Source: Ionaspis alba (taxonomy: Eukaryota). Taken from it: a stretch of 20,000 nucleotides of DNA. Under the pieces are notes generated by a model. That model was not told where the DNA came from and did no database searches. It saw only the letters and a list, made by a program, of their open reading frames with translations. Both the position numbers and the translations under genes were made by a program. This document shows, in pieces, positions 9,456-20,000 of this stretch. Within the stretch, counting starts at the first letter, position 1. Each line of letters starts with the position of its first letter. Location of the stretch: NCBI GenBank assembly GCA_964255285.1, contig CAXUUL010000013.1, forward strand, positions 51,436-71,435, in the 5' to 3' direction.

Positions 9456-12400
9456 TCATGCTGAGAGATAAACAAGCTCCGATTCGGAATCTGTGGGAGG
9501 ATCCGAATTATTCTCCCAGGCATCTATAACAGATCATTTGAGTCATCGGTCCGCGAGCTGTTGCTATCATACTCACCGGAAAGAGCATCGTCGGGACTCG
9601 AAACGGTCAAAGATTGCAAACGATCGAGAATTCCTGTGTCTTGTTGTAAGTAACAATCAAGCGAGACTATCGTTGGAAAGATAGCTTCCAGGACGAGACT
9701 CACGCTGTGCAGAACCAAGAAACTCTTTGTCATCTTGGTCCTCCTCTGGAGCAAAGTAGGTCGCCATGCAGTGGTTTATGACTCTAGAAACCTGCTCAAC
9801 TAGTCTTCCATCAACCTGCTTCTGAGGTATCACGATCAGCTCGTCGACCCGATTGGCACAAGCTCTGCAGAGAGTCTTGCCGGCTCGCTCGATATCGTCA
9901 GCCTGTTGCTCGTCGTCCATGCTGCGGATATCAAAGCCAAAGACAAGGAGGTGCAATTGGGCAACCGTAGCCTCGCGTACTGAGGTGTCGTGGTACATCA
10001 ACAGCGTTGGGGCCCACTTCGAGACCAGATGCAAGACGGTTCGATAGAAGAAATTGTTTTGCCTGCGGAAACGAGGATTGCGAAGACGCGTAGCACTACA
10101 GAAGAACTCGAGGTGGTCTTCTCCGCCAGTGTGGCCGATCGTCTCAACCTCGTTCGCGACGCGGGCCAACATCTCTTTGGCTTCTCCATGTGTCGAGCAG
10201 CACTCACAGAAGGCCAGAGCAGCACTGAGGAACGGTCTGGCTAAGGAAGCTGGATCCACGTTGATTCCAGATATGATGGTCCTGAACGTCGCCTGCATTG
10301 AGTCTAGATATGGCTCTGCGTTGAGTAAGATGCGAATGAGCGTGGCACAGGCCGTTATATTACAGTCTGCACTGATCGCCTTTTCGAGGAAGGCTATGCC
10401 CTTAGAACGTAAAGCATCAGGACCGAAACACATCAGAATTTCCTCTTGCCTAGTGATGGTAAACTTTATCGACCGCAAATGCTGATCGGAATGGACGGTA
10501 TCATCAGTCGAAAAATCTGCCCACGAAAGTAGATTGGCAAGGAGACCAATGACATTACGCAAAGAAAACTTGCGTCCCTTTTCGATCAGTCGAACATAAT
10601 GAGCCAGGTGTGGTATTTCGGTTCTCATTTTCCTTGTACTCTGTAGGTTTGTGTCGACTACAAGAAGTTCAAGACACTGGCTGACATATCCTTCCCTATG
10701 CAAGACGTAGCACTCAGGCGGCCCAAGCTGTGCTAGTTCCTGTAAAAGTCCATAGTAGTCATCCCAAGCTCGGTAGTGTAGATGCATAAATGACCAGAGG
10801 CCCTTGAGGCGGCGAACCATGTCGTGAAAGGCACCTTGCACTTCGGGAAGAGGGCCAATGGAGGACCCAATATCGATTACGTCCACGTCAAATCCGTAAA
10901 GTCGAGGTTCGTTGTCCCGAAGATACCTTAGAGCCACAACAATCGTTCTTACGAATCGTCTTCTGATCTCTTCGTCAGGGCTCCTGAGCAAGAGGTTGCG
11001 GAGAGCATGCTCATGTTGCGCTACCCAATCCAGGGTCAGTTTGCAACACTCCACACACCTAGCTCCTATCCGAGTAACCATATCTAATAATGGGTGGAAC
11101 TCAGGGCAGTCCTTTGCCCTCGAGAATACCTGGTCCAAATGCTCCAGTGCGAGCCAGATGACTTCTTTCTCGAGCTCGTGGTTTTCCGAACATATGTTTT
11201 TGCTGAGTTCGCGGTATTGTTCGAGGAGCGATTTGATGAACTTGGCATGTTCGGGGTCAAACAAGCAATATTTTCGAATCCACGATTCATTGTCGAACGC
11301 AACCGCATTAGCAAGCTCAACTGGTACTTCCTCCTTGGCAGGTAAAACTGTGGACATTGACAGGCGATGCTCTCGTTCCCTTTCCATCGAACTTACTCGT
11401 TCGTAGAAAAGCATGTAGGCATTCCAAGACTTAGGAAATCGCATTGGCGAATACGTGGGTTCGCTCAACCCACCAAAGCATTGATCCGGAATATTTGATG
11501 GGTCGAACCTTGTAACATCTGAGTCATTGAATTCAACCCAAGCTCGAAGATCCCTATTGGCAGTGGGTCGTTCCCGAACATATGAGTAATAGTGGCCGGA
11601 TTCTGCGTTGCCACTGTGCACCAGGACTCCAACGAGTTGAAAATGGTCCGGCTTGGATGGTTGCTGCGGATCTTTGAGATATTCGACGTCGTATAAGGAC
11701 ATGTCAATCTCCTGGGGAAATTCGAAGTGATCATTGATTTTGCTCCTTTGGCCAGTCACCAAATCATAGTCGAATCGCTTTAGGTGGAATATGAGATTGT
11801 CAGGAATATCCTTGAGGCATGATCTGCTACAATTTAGTCAAGAGCTGTTAGATTCATGGCTTCACTCACCGCTTCACAGCATCAACATACGAACCGCACG
11901 AACTGCAGGAATATTTGTTGTCTGAGAGCACGATTAGTATAGGCCACCTAACAATGCCCACAAGGGCTGAACCAACCTCCTTCCATGACTTCGCCTTCGA
12001 CATAGGCATTCATACTTTCAACCAAAGAGGCTTTGCCTTGAATCTCGCACTGAATTGCCGAGAACGGCTCGAGACGCTCGGAGATATGAGGACATTCTTT
12101 GGACTTTATCTGCTGCACCAGCTGGCCTCCATAAAATTGTCGAAAGGTTTTCTTATCATTTGCAGAAGTGATTTGACTCTCCCACCTGTCGAACAATAGA
12201 TTGTAAAATTCATCAACATCCATCTGAATAGAGACGTCGATTGGCGAGTTCTCATAAGTGACGACAGAATCGACGATCCCCTGAGGATCGACCTGTTTAA
12301 GCCATGTCTCCTGCATGTAAGCGAAGAGCCTCTTCGTCTCTGCGAGTAGTTTTTGTGAGGCTTCGCCATCCGGAACATTGCGTGCCAGCATGAAACCCCT

Positions 12401-15400
12401 AAAGCCAACATTCATGAATAACTGGGTGAACAGAGAATTCAGATAGCAGGTATTGGATAGATTCTTCAAACCTGGATACCCTGTGGGAGATCGGATTGCC
12501 TTCGATCGCTCGAAGTTCCAATTCGCCTCGTAGTGGTAGTCTTCTAATATTTGAGCAATGCCCCAAGACCACGCGTGAGAGTCCTCACCTTGGGGCAGCA
12601 AATCTTTGATCAGATCTAGGAGTCTTCGATACCCCGATTGGTCTGTGCTCAATTGAAGTAGAATAGAATATAGGCGGCCGCGCGTCTGAGAATGTAATAT
12701 AGGTACGCGAGGTGTAAGCCGCTTGTCGTCATCAGCTTCAGGTATCTCAGGGAACAGAAGTGCTCTGAAGAGCCTTTCCACTAGTAGGCCACTTGAGAAA
12801 ATCAGCTTTTGGTTCAACAGAATGATGCAATGTAGACTTACTCAACATTCAAAGGTCTTTTCCTGGACTTCATCAGCTGGATACACCATTGTAGAAGCCC
12901 AGTAATGCCGGCGACGACCCAGTCAACGCTCTCGCGCCCAACAAACTGTAGACAATCAGAATGCAGCAGACTTGAACAGCAATATCGGCTAACCTCGTGA
13001 TGTTGGTAGTTCAATAGCAGATTGCTCCAATCCTGCAAGTATGTCTCTAACGGTAAACCTTCGTGAAAATCTTGGTCGAGAGATCTAAACACATCAAGAG
13101 CGATGTCAAAGAACTGTTCAGTATCATGGCGATGTTGGACTGTCTCAGGTATTAGAGCAAGCATGTTTTCCCAGAAGAACTGGACGAAGTCTTGAGAAGT
13201 GGTTTCTGTTGGCCTGCTAAAGATTAGGGCATGAAAACGAACAGGAGAATTCAGCATACGAAGGCAATACACGGCAAACACCTCGCATAGCATGAGCCAC
13301 CCCTTCTCGAACTTTCTCGTACGGAATATGTAACAGAAGACCTTGAAATAGTGGCGGAGTTGATGGTTCCTTCTTGAAACATTCCCATACTGCATTGTTG
13401 TGAAGGGATGCTTCTAATATAGTGCTAAAGCAGAAACGTATCAGATCAATTGTCTCTGCTGATTGTTGCATCGACTGCGCGACGAAAATGAGCTGTCGTA
13501 GCCGATCAACCAAGACTGGTGGATCTTGGAAGTAGGTGGCGGAAATTTCAGGAGATACCGGCTCTGGTACGAGAGATATTAGCTACTTATCGACCTGATC
13601 ACTTGTCGACGGCATTGACTGCTCACCCTTTAGAAACCTCAGTAAGCAGTTCACCAAACTCCTTAATGTCATTGTTTCGGTCCGACTTAAGGAGGGGGTA
13701 TTGGACAGCGGGAAATTCAGGAGAGCTTCCACTAAAGACTGGACGCCGTGGCTAATCAGTGCGTTGCTGGTGGCACCCTGAGTCACATCAGAACAAAACT
13801 CGTTCAAGTTGTAGTCCCGAATTACATGACGTAGCCGTTGAGACAATGCTTCCTCCAATGCATAGACAGAATACAAGGTCTTGTATGGCGCTTCAAGCGG
13901 AAACATGGTGGACGTCAATGTTCCTGTACCACAAACTGTGCTCGTAACATCTTCATGTGGCGGAAACGTCACCAGGAATTCGAAGACCTAGTGGTCTGTC
14001 AGCTACGGAGCAAGCACAGATATCAGCCAACTCACGTCTTTCCCAAGCTGCTCATCAATTCCTAGAAGGTCGTACAGCTCATGAAAATGCTTCATGACTT
14101 CGATCTCCAGGGGACGCAGTTCAGTACTTGGACCCTCCCTTAGTATTTCGCTATCTGGGGCTTTTTTGACCAGAAGAAGTCCCTTTAGATGCCATTTCAA
14201 CTCTCGTAGCGTGGTATTCTGGCATGAATCCTGATCGACCTTCTGACCACCTGCAATGAAGATGAATTTAGTAAACCCTGTAAGCCTCTTGAGGTGTGCG
14301 AGCAGGTCCTCGAAAGTAACCAAGTCCCCCACCTCGATCGCGTGGATGCCTGACGCTGAACCCTCTCCATAGGATTGATACTTCAACAAAACCCTTTCTC
14401 CCTTCCCACTACTTGCACTTCGGTAAGAGCCTGTGGATGCAGGGCTATCAGGTGATCGAGAGCGGATGCCCCGCATAAAATCCTTCAATATAAGTAAGGA
14501 GCGAGCAAAGTTGAGTTTCTCAATGGCGACGTCTTTATCAGACGCAACGATGACCATGGAGTCGTCTTCGCTACTGGATGTTCCATCGTTCATACGCTTG
14601 AGCTTCGAAGAAGCCTTGATCAGCTGGTGAATACAGCGTTCCACAACTTTTGCGTCCGCATCAGATGCCTCGAGATTGCCAGTATGCAGAAAGTGAGCAT
14701 CCTCCAAGGTCAGCTTTACAAGCGACTCGATGGCTTTTGCTCCAATGTTGGAGTCAGGAGCCGTAAGAGCAAGGTGCCAGAAAAGTTCGACTCCGAGAGA
14801 AGCGCTACTTTCTTCGTCGATGTCGTCTTCAAAGTTATTGACTGAGGTTTCGTAGAGAATATATTTCTCAGCGAATATCAAAACGCCTGATGTGAGGAAT
14901 GAAGGTTCCAATGCGGGAAGGTGTTTGCTAACACAACGTTCAAGAAAGAGGTTCTTCCTGTGAGAGCCACTCATCGCCCTAGAGAGCATGGCCCAGGCAG
15001 AATTTCGAGCTTCATCGCCCAAGGCCTTGTCGCCTAGCATGCTGTTCCACAGAGTCTGGCTCAGCTCTGGGGTGATGGAGTTGGGGAGATGTATGATGAT
15101 CTTCTGCAGTAAGTTGAGGCGAACTGATAAAGGTTCATGATATTCATAAAAGAACGAGTGCCTTGAAGACTCAGCTTCTGCAAAATGCTCGAAGTCATTG
15201 ACGATGAGTGGCGTAATTGCAGAGCTGAGCGCCAGAGACTTGATCTCTGCTTCAGGACTGTAGTCTAGAAAGGCATTAATCGTTGCTATACTGCCTGTCG
15301 CTGAGGGTAACAGGTTGGAAATTTCTGCGACACACTCGTCATAGATGCTTTTACTATCCTCGGGACTGGGTCCGAGCTTCATCAGTCGTTGGAGTTCCTC

Positions 15401-17718
15401 TAGAGCGAATTGGTGCAGTTCACGGCTTCTGTTGCGAGGAAGAGATGGTTCCACTGGAGCTTGACGAATTAGCCTAATGCACAAATCGTAAGGCCGCATG
15501 TCCAATCTCTCATAGGATGGTTTGATCGTCTCTGAGTACTTCTTTCGTATCCAATCGAGAAGTAATCTGCAATGCGAGATCATGCGCCCATCGAAATACC
15601 GTAGTGGGAGCTCATTCGCTTTCTGGCACAGGTAGAGTAGAGTAGGATATGCCATAAGAGCCAGAATGCCCGAGAACATCTCAAGTATGGCATCGATAGT
15701 TCGTGAATCCGGGGTTGATGATACTGTTTTCCAGATGACGTCGGATTCCACTTCGGTATATTTCTGCGTGACGATAAGAAAGCCGACAATATTCTTACTT
15801 CGCTGTATCAGCTGAGGGTGAGACTCAACTCCCACAAGGTAGTCCACGAGCTTGTTCTCAAGTATGAAGTTCGACAGGTATTCAGCACAAACGTGCAGGG
15901 GGCCAGAGCGGGCATGGTTAATGTGCTGCTGGTAAATGCTGACCAGATCCTCTTGCATCGTGTCGATCCCCTGCACTCGTATCTCCATGCGGCCTTGCAT
16001 GATACACTTTTTGAACAGACCGACTCTCCATGCGGATTCAATCAGTGTCACTCGATCTGCTCTGCTTGCCTCTCGCACAGCCACCGTATCCAACGGAAGC
16101 ATGCGCTCAGCGATCGATTCATCGATGCTTACGACGCAGCGAAGGATCGAAGAGAGTTCTGTGACCAGCCCTCTGCTCAAGTCGAGTGAAACGGACGAAA
16201 CTTGTTTCGTGATGAACTTCTGCAGCTTCCTATTGATAGTTTCGAAAAAGGCCATTGCTTTGGTACCAATCACGGACTCGCCCTGATAAACTTCTCCAAC
16301 CGCGCGTTGCCTTTCGTGAAAAGTACTGCACTGCATAGCAAGACGATTAACTGCATGTATGGGAGGCCATATCTCTGCAATGATACTCGCTTGGCTTGGA
16401 ATTCTATCCAACAACGAATCCGTGTACTGAGAAAGGTAATCCAGGCCATTGGCCGGGGCACATACAAAACCATGAATAATGCCTTGGAACGTGGGCCCGT
16501 AGTCATAGTTGTATGTACTGTATAGCATCTTCCATAGGGGTAGCTCTTTAACACCAAATAACATGGTCTGGAAAACCGTTATGTATCTTGAAGCCACAAG
16601 ATCTGGTGTTACTCCAAGGTCCTCGGCATTCTCAGCCAAGGTTTGACAATCGATGCGTATCATTCGAGCAGTCAACAAGGCATATGCCGACAAAACGGTC
16701 TGCACGCAATCTGGGCTGTCCTGGCCTTGATCCGTCTCCGGCCGTCGGGCAAAAGTGTCGTCACTCCTGAGACTTGAATCACGTGATTAGACACGAAACA
16801 CACAGGAGATGCATTGTTCAGCTTACTTTCGTCTAAGAAGGCAGTTCACAACATCCGGAAGCTTCTCCCAAAAGTCTCGGGCCTCAGTGAACAGATACCA
16901 CCATTGCAAGGAAGCTTCAGCAGTCTGGTGTAGATATTTCTCAATCCATTGAGCAAGATCAAAAAGCATGTGACCGTCCCCCAGATCGTCTACAAGAAAT
17001 CAGTATCTGTACTGGTTGGCAGATTTTGGCAAAAAAGCTCACTGAAAGTCATGTACTGGCTCAATTGTTGTAAAGCGTGACCAAGAGTCCTGCAGTGATC
17101 GGCCAATGGGAACTCCTCCAGTAGAGATGCTTGGAGCTCATCATAATTGATGGACTCCTCCGACTTTCTCCATACTGTGGGGCCATTATGTCCATCAATA
17201 TCCTCAAGCTCTGCAACCTCGATTTCTGGACTCCGCATTGGCGATGAAGAAACGGTGACAACTTGAGGGGGTGTTGAGGGGACATCATGGAAAGTTTGCG
17301 TCGGTGAATTTGGTTGAGCATTATCTGAGGTGGTGTTCTGGGGGAGTTCCATCCCTGACGCCGTAGGCTGCGGGGCCGAAGTTTGAGCCACTGGATCCCG
17401 TACGTTGATGGTGACTTTGCTCGGAGTGCCATGGAGCTGGTGCGTTGACGATGTAACGTGTAGGAAGCTTTCGTTCTCGTAAGATTGGCCCTGGCCATCC
17501 TGAGCAGGCAGGAGCTCCCCAGGGTCGGATCCCGGATGGCTAGGCAGTAACCTGTCGGCAGACATGCTCCGGTATGCTCGATCTCCACTGTCAAGTCGTG
17601 GGCGTTTCCTAGTCACAGAAGAATCCGCGTCTTCCATGGAATTGCGGGGTGGTGGACTGGGTCCTTCAGAAGTAGCACGGTCCGGCGTACGAGGAAGTCC
17701 TAGCGAAGATGATTCCAT
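9456..17718 (-). CDS. Large ubiquitin-specific protease (peptidase C19, USP34/USP9-like; C-terminal region resembles DUF3517), ~2,541 aa, 13 exons
   Basis: Exons 17718-17043, 16989-16827, 16766-14036, 13987-13826, 13777-13627, 13563-13260, 13216-12994, 12945-12842, 12791-11977, 11921-11870, 11823-9704, 9633-9577 and 9523-9456 total 7626 nt in frame. Motifs: Cys box GLKNLSNTCYLNSLFTQLF (Cys codon 12448-12446), QMDVDEFYNLLFDRWE, LIFHLKRFDYD, His box LVGVLVHSGNAESGHYYSYVR and WVEFNDSDVT. Confidence 0.94.
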
Positions 17719-18274
17719 CACATTGTTTCTGCTTGACGCGTGCACTAAGTATTGTGAATGAAAGAACGGCCGTATTTGACCAATGGAAACAGTCACAACT
17801 GGAGGTGTTAGCGGGGAGTTGGGCAATTACTAGAGGGTGTTGTGTTTGGAAAGTGAAGATTCAAGTGACGTGCTTCTTTGATATTCGTGAATTGACAGGG
17901 GTGCGGAGAGCTATCAGGCAACCCTCTCGCTAAGATAATGCTTAGCGCGAAATCAAGCTTCGGAGCTCTAACACGCACCAGCGCGCGGAGCCGCAGCCGA
18001 GAGGGAACTTTACACTTTGTGCATGGCACTACGGAGTACAGCAAATACCTAAAGCATAATCTCCGTCCGCTACTTCCCCGCTACCACGTCCCCTTTCATA
18101 TTCCTTGCGAGCTCCCTGTGCTTGGACGCGCTCAGTTTAAAACAAAAATCTGTGGTTAAGTGAATTATTCTGGAAGTCTATGGGCTTCGTCGCTATCTCT
18201 TGTCGCATGAACACATTCCTGTCGTTGCTGGATGCACAGGAAACACGTGTGCAAATGTCCTACCTTTATCGAGG

Positions 18275-19240
18275 ATGGCTCAAAGCTCTAGTGCAACTAA
18301 GACTAGGACTGTCTACTCGCTGGGCACACCATACACTCAAGATGCCTGGTAGACTCGATCTTTACGGTTCTCCCTAAGTCTTGCTAAAATCTCATGCAGG
18401 CCGCTTGTAACACCCCATGATCAACAGGTCATTCTGGACTTATTGTGCAAGTTCGTCCCCTTGGCCATTGATTGATTATTGACTCCCTGGTACAAGTTAT
18501 CCGATTAGGCCATGGTAGCCGCAATAGCATGTACTACCTAGCTTAGAAATGCTGACCTAGCTATGTGCAGCTTATTGTTCCCCATTGGTGACTATCGGAG
18601 GTCCTTCGTAGTTCCATCAAAGGGGAAACGCGACAGGAAACAAAAAAAGCTCGAGACGAAGAATGTCCAAAGTGGTGCTCATCCAGCAATAAGAAGTACA
18701 GATCAAGAGGAGCATATACCCGCGCCTCCAGATATCACCACTTCCTTGACAGTCGGATACAATAGTACAATACGATGTTTGGAGAACATGTCGCGCAAAG
18801 CTGCACCAGCAGTGTTCCGGCAGCAAACTGATCAGCCTGGCGAAGCTTGCGAAACAAAGGCCATAACACCATTGTCGGCTATCTTTGTGGATCGGTCGAA
18901 TCAGCCATCTATCTTGTTTGCGCAATTGCCTGTCCTGGTAGCTACTGCATCGCTTGCCGAGCCCGTTGTCCGCTTGATATCGCTTCCAGAAGGAGCAGGA
19001 GCCCGCATTAGTGCTTCACTACACATTCCGAGAGTCAGTATTATTGGGGTGCAAGAATCTGCATCTAACTCCGGTCCCCTGCTTGAGTATATAAGAGCAC
19101 ATGTTTCTGCAGTGGAAATTGCGTGGTTAAACAGGGCCGCAGAAGGAGTGTACCTACCGGTCAACGTTGTAGCCAAGAAAACGAGTTCATCAGCCGGGCC
19201 CGAAGGAGTTCAAAAGCAGTCAAAGCCTCTAAAACCATGA
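18275..19240 (+). CDS. POP3: RNase P/MRP subunit Pop3-like (Rpp38/L7Ae-related), ~264 aa, 3 exons
   Basis: Exons 18275-18348, 18400-18450 and 18571-19240 total 795 nt. The protein reads TVYSLGTPYTQDAWPLVTPHDQQVILDLLCNLLFPIGDYRR...PSKGKR...LTVGYNSTIRCLE...QLPVLV...RLISLPEGAGARISASLHIPRVSIIG...WL, matching the Pezizomycotina Pop3 pattern as I recall it. Confidence 0.8.
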
Positions 19241-19406
19241 GATAGCCGCGGATAAGTAAGGAGTACACGTTTGTGCCTGAATTACCGAGTGTGGCGCACC
19301 CCGTGGGCTGCAAAAGGTGGCATCTTGGGTCCGCAGAGATAGCACGCATTCGACGGCGGAATTTCGGTCTACTTGGGTCTTAAGCTGCGAAGTTCGCGGT
19401 GCAATC

Positions 19407-19934
19407 TCAAAGACCGCCTTGTATTGCAAAGGAGGACAAGATGATGACAAGGACGTTGATCAATGCCCAGACAAATGGGAGCCATGTGGACATTCTGGAG
19501 AATCCAGCATTATAAACGGCACCAAGTCTGGACGTTATGATTAGCAAGATCCTTTCAACACCATTCCAATGCTATTTTCATGTACATGAGGCCAACCACA
19601 CTCCCTGCTAGGACAGCCTCCACACCTCCTACTATCAAGTAAATTATTGGAACGATCCACATGAGCTTCCAATTCTTCCATTGTATAATAAGAGCATAAG
19701 TGCTCGCGGCTAAGTGAAAGGCTTCGTAGATTATGAGCGTCCAGAACAGAGTAAAGCGCCAGATATCAGGCGTGTTGTAAAGGTAGGATCCAGGTTGCGC
19801 GAGAGGACCAAAGGGCCAATACAGGGACGGGAAGGACGGAGTAGAGTAATTCGAAGGGACGTGAAGGCTGGATCGCGACCTGTAACCATCAGTGGGACTC
19901 TATCTGTACGCGATGGAAGATGGCAAACTGACAT
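19407..19934 (-). CDS. Small integral membrane protein, TMEM170/YPR153W-like, ~138 aa, 3 exons (missed by the ORF track)
   Basis: Exons 19934-19933 (AT), 19879-19586 and 19527-19407 total 417 nt. The protein is MSRSSLHVPSNYSTPSFPSLYWPFGPLAQPGSYLYNTPDIWRFTLFWTLIIYEAFHLAASTYALIIQWKNWKLMWIVPIIYLIVGGVEAVLAGSVVGLILGAVYNAGFSRMSTWLPFVWALINVLVIILSSFAIQGGL. The FPSLYW, DIWRFTLxWTL, GAVYxAG and MSTWxP motifs are typical of this fungal family. Confidence 0.85.
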
Positions 19935-20000
19935 TGGGCAGCCACTGCCTCTACAAGAGCCCTAGAAGCAAGGTCTTATGGATGTAGCATGATGTCCGAA

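Noticed and set aside
13583..13585. TAG as the acceptor of USP intron 5
   Set aside because: It leads to a TGA within about ten codons. The downstream CTAAT...CAG (13566-13564) restores the frame.
17736..17952. MCB (ACGCGT, 17736-17741) and SCB-like (CGCGAAA, 17946-17952) cell-cycle boxes in the USP/POP3 spacer
   Set aside because: These are single short matches, not clustered, and cannot be supported without conservation data.
1..20000. CRISPR arrays, rRNA, transposase or reverse-transcriptase ORFs, secondary-metabolite cluster
   Set aside because: None seen. The sequence is eukaryotic housekeeping DNA with no repeat-spacer array or mobile-element coding motifs.

Overview
Gene-dense nuclear DNA of a filamentous ascomycete (Pezizomycotina-type short GT-AG introns with CTRAY branch sites). 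I reconstructed seven protein-coding genes by manual splicing: the 5' part of a family X DNA polymerase (-), an 8-exon NiCoT high-affinity nickel permease (+), tRNA pseudouridine synthase Pus1 (-), TFIIE alpha (+), a 13-exon ~2,540-aa USP34-like deubiquitinase (-), an RNase P/MRP Pop3-like subunit (+), and a small TMEM170/YPR153W-like membrane protein (-) that the ORF track misses. Six of the genes form three divergent pairs. The only stretch I cannot explain is about 2690-4815, around a 100-N assembly gap. It holds a D-arm-less tRNA-like element with a box B and a T-run terminator, a perfect 24-bp palindrome, and two possible relic genes. I find no convincing novel multi-gene system. The best leads are the tRNA-like element and several splicing oddities: an intron that splits an ATG, a possible hidden cassette micro-exon, and stop-free 3n introns. 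Family assignments come from recognising motifs by eye, not from database searches.
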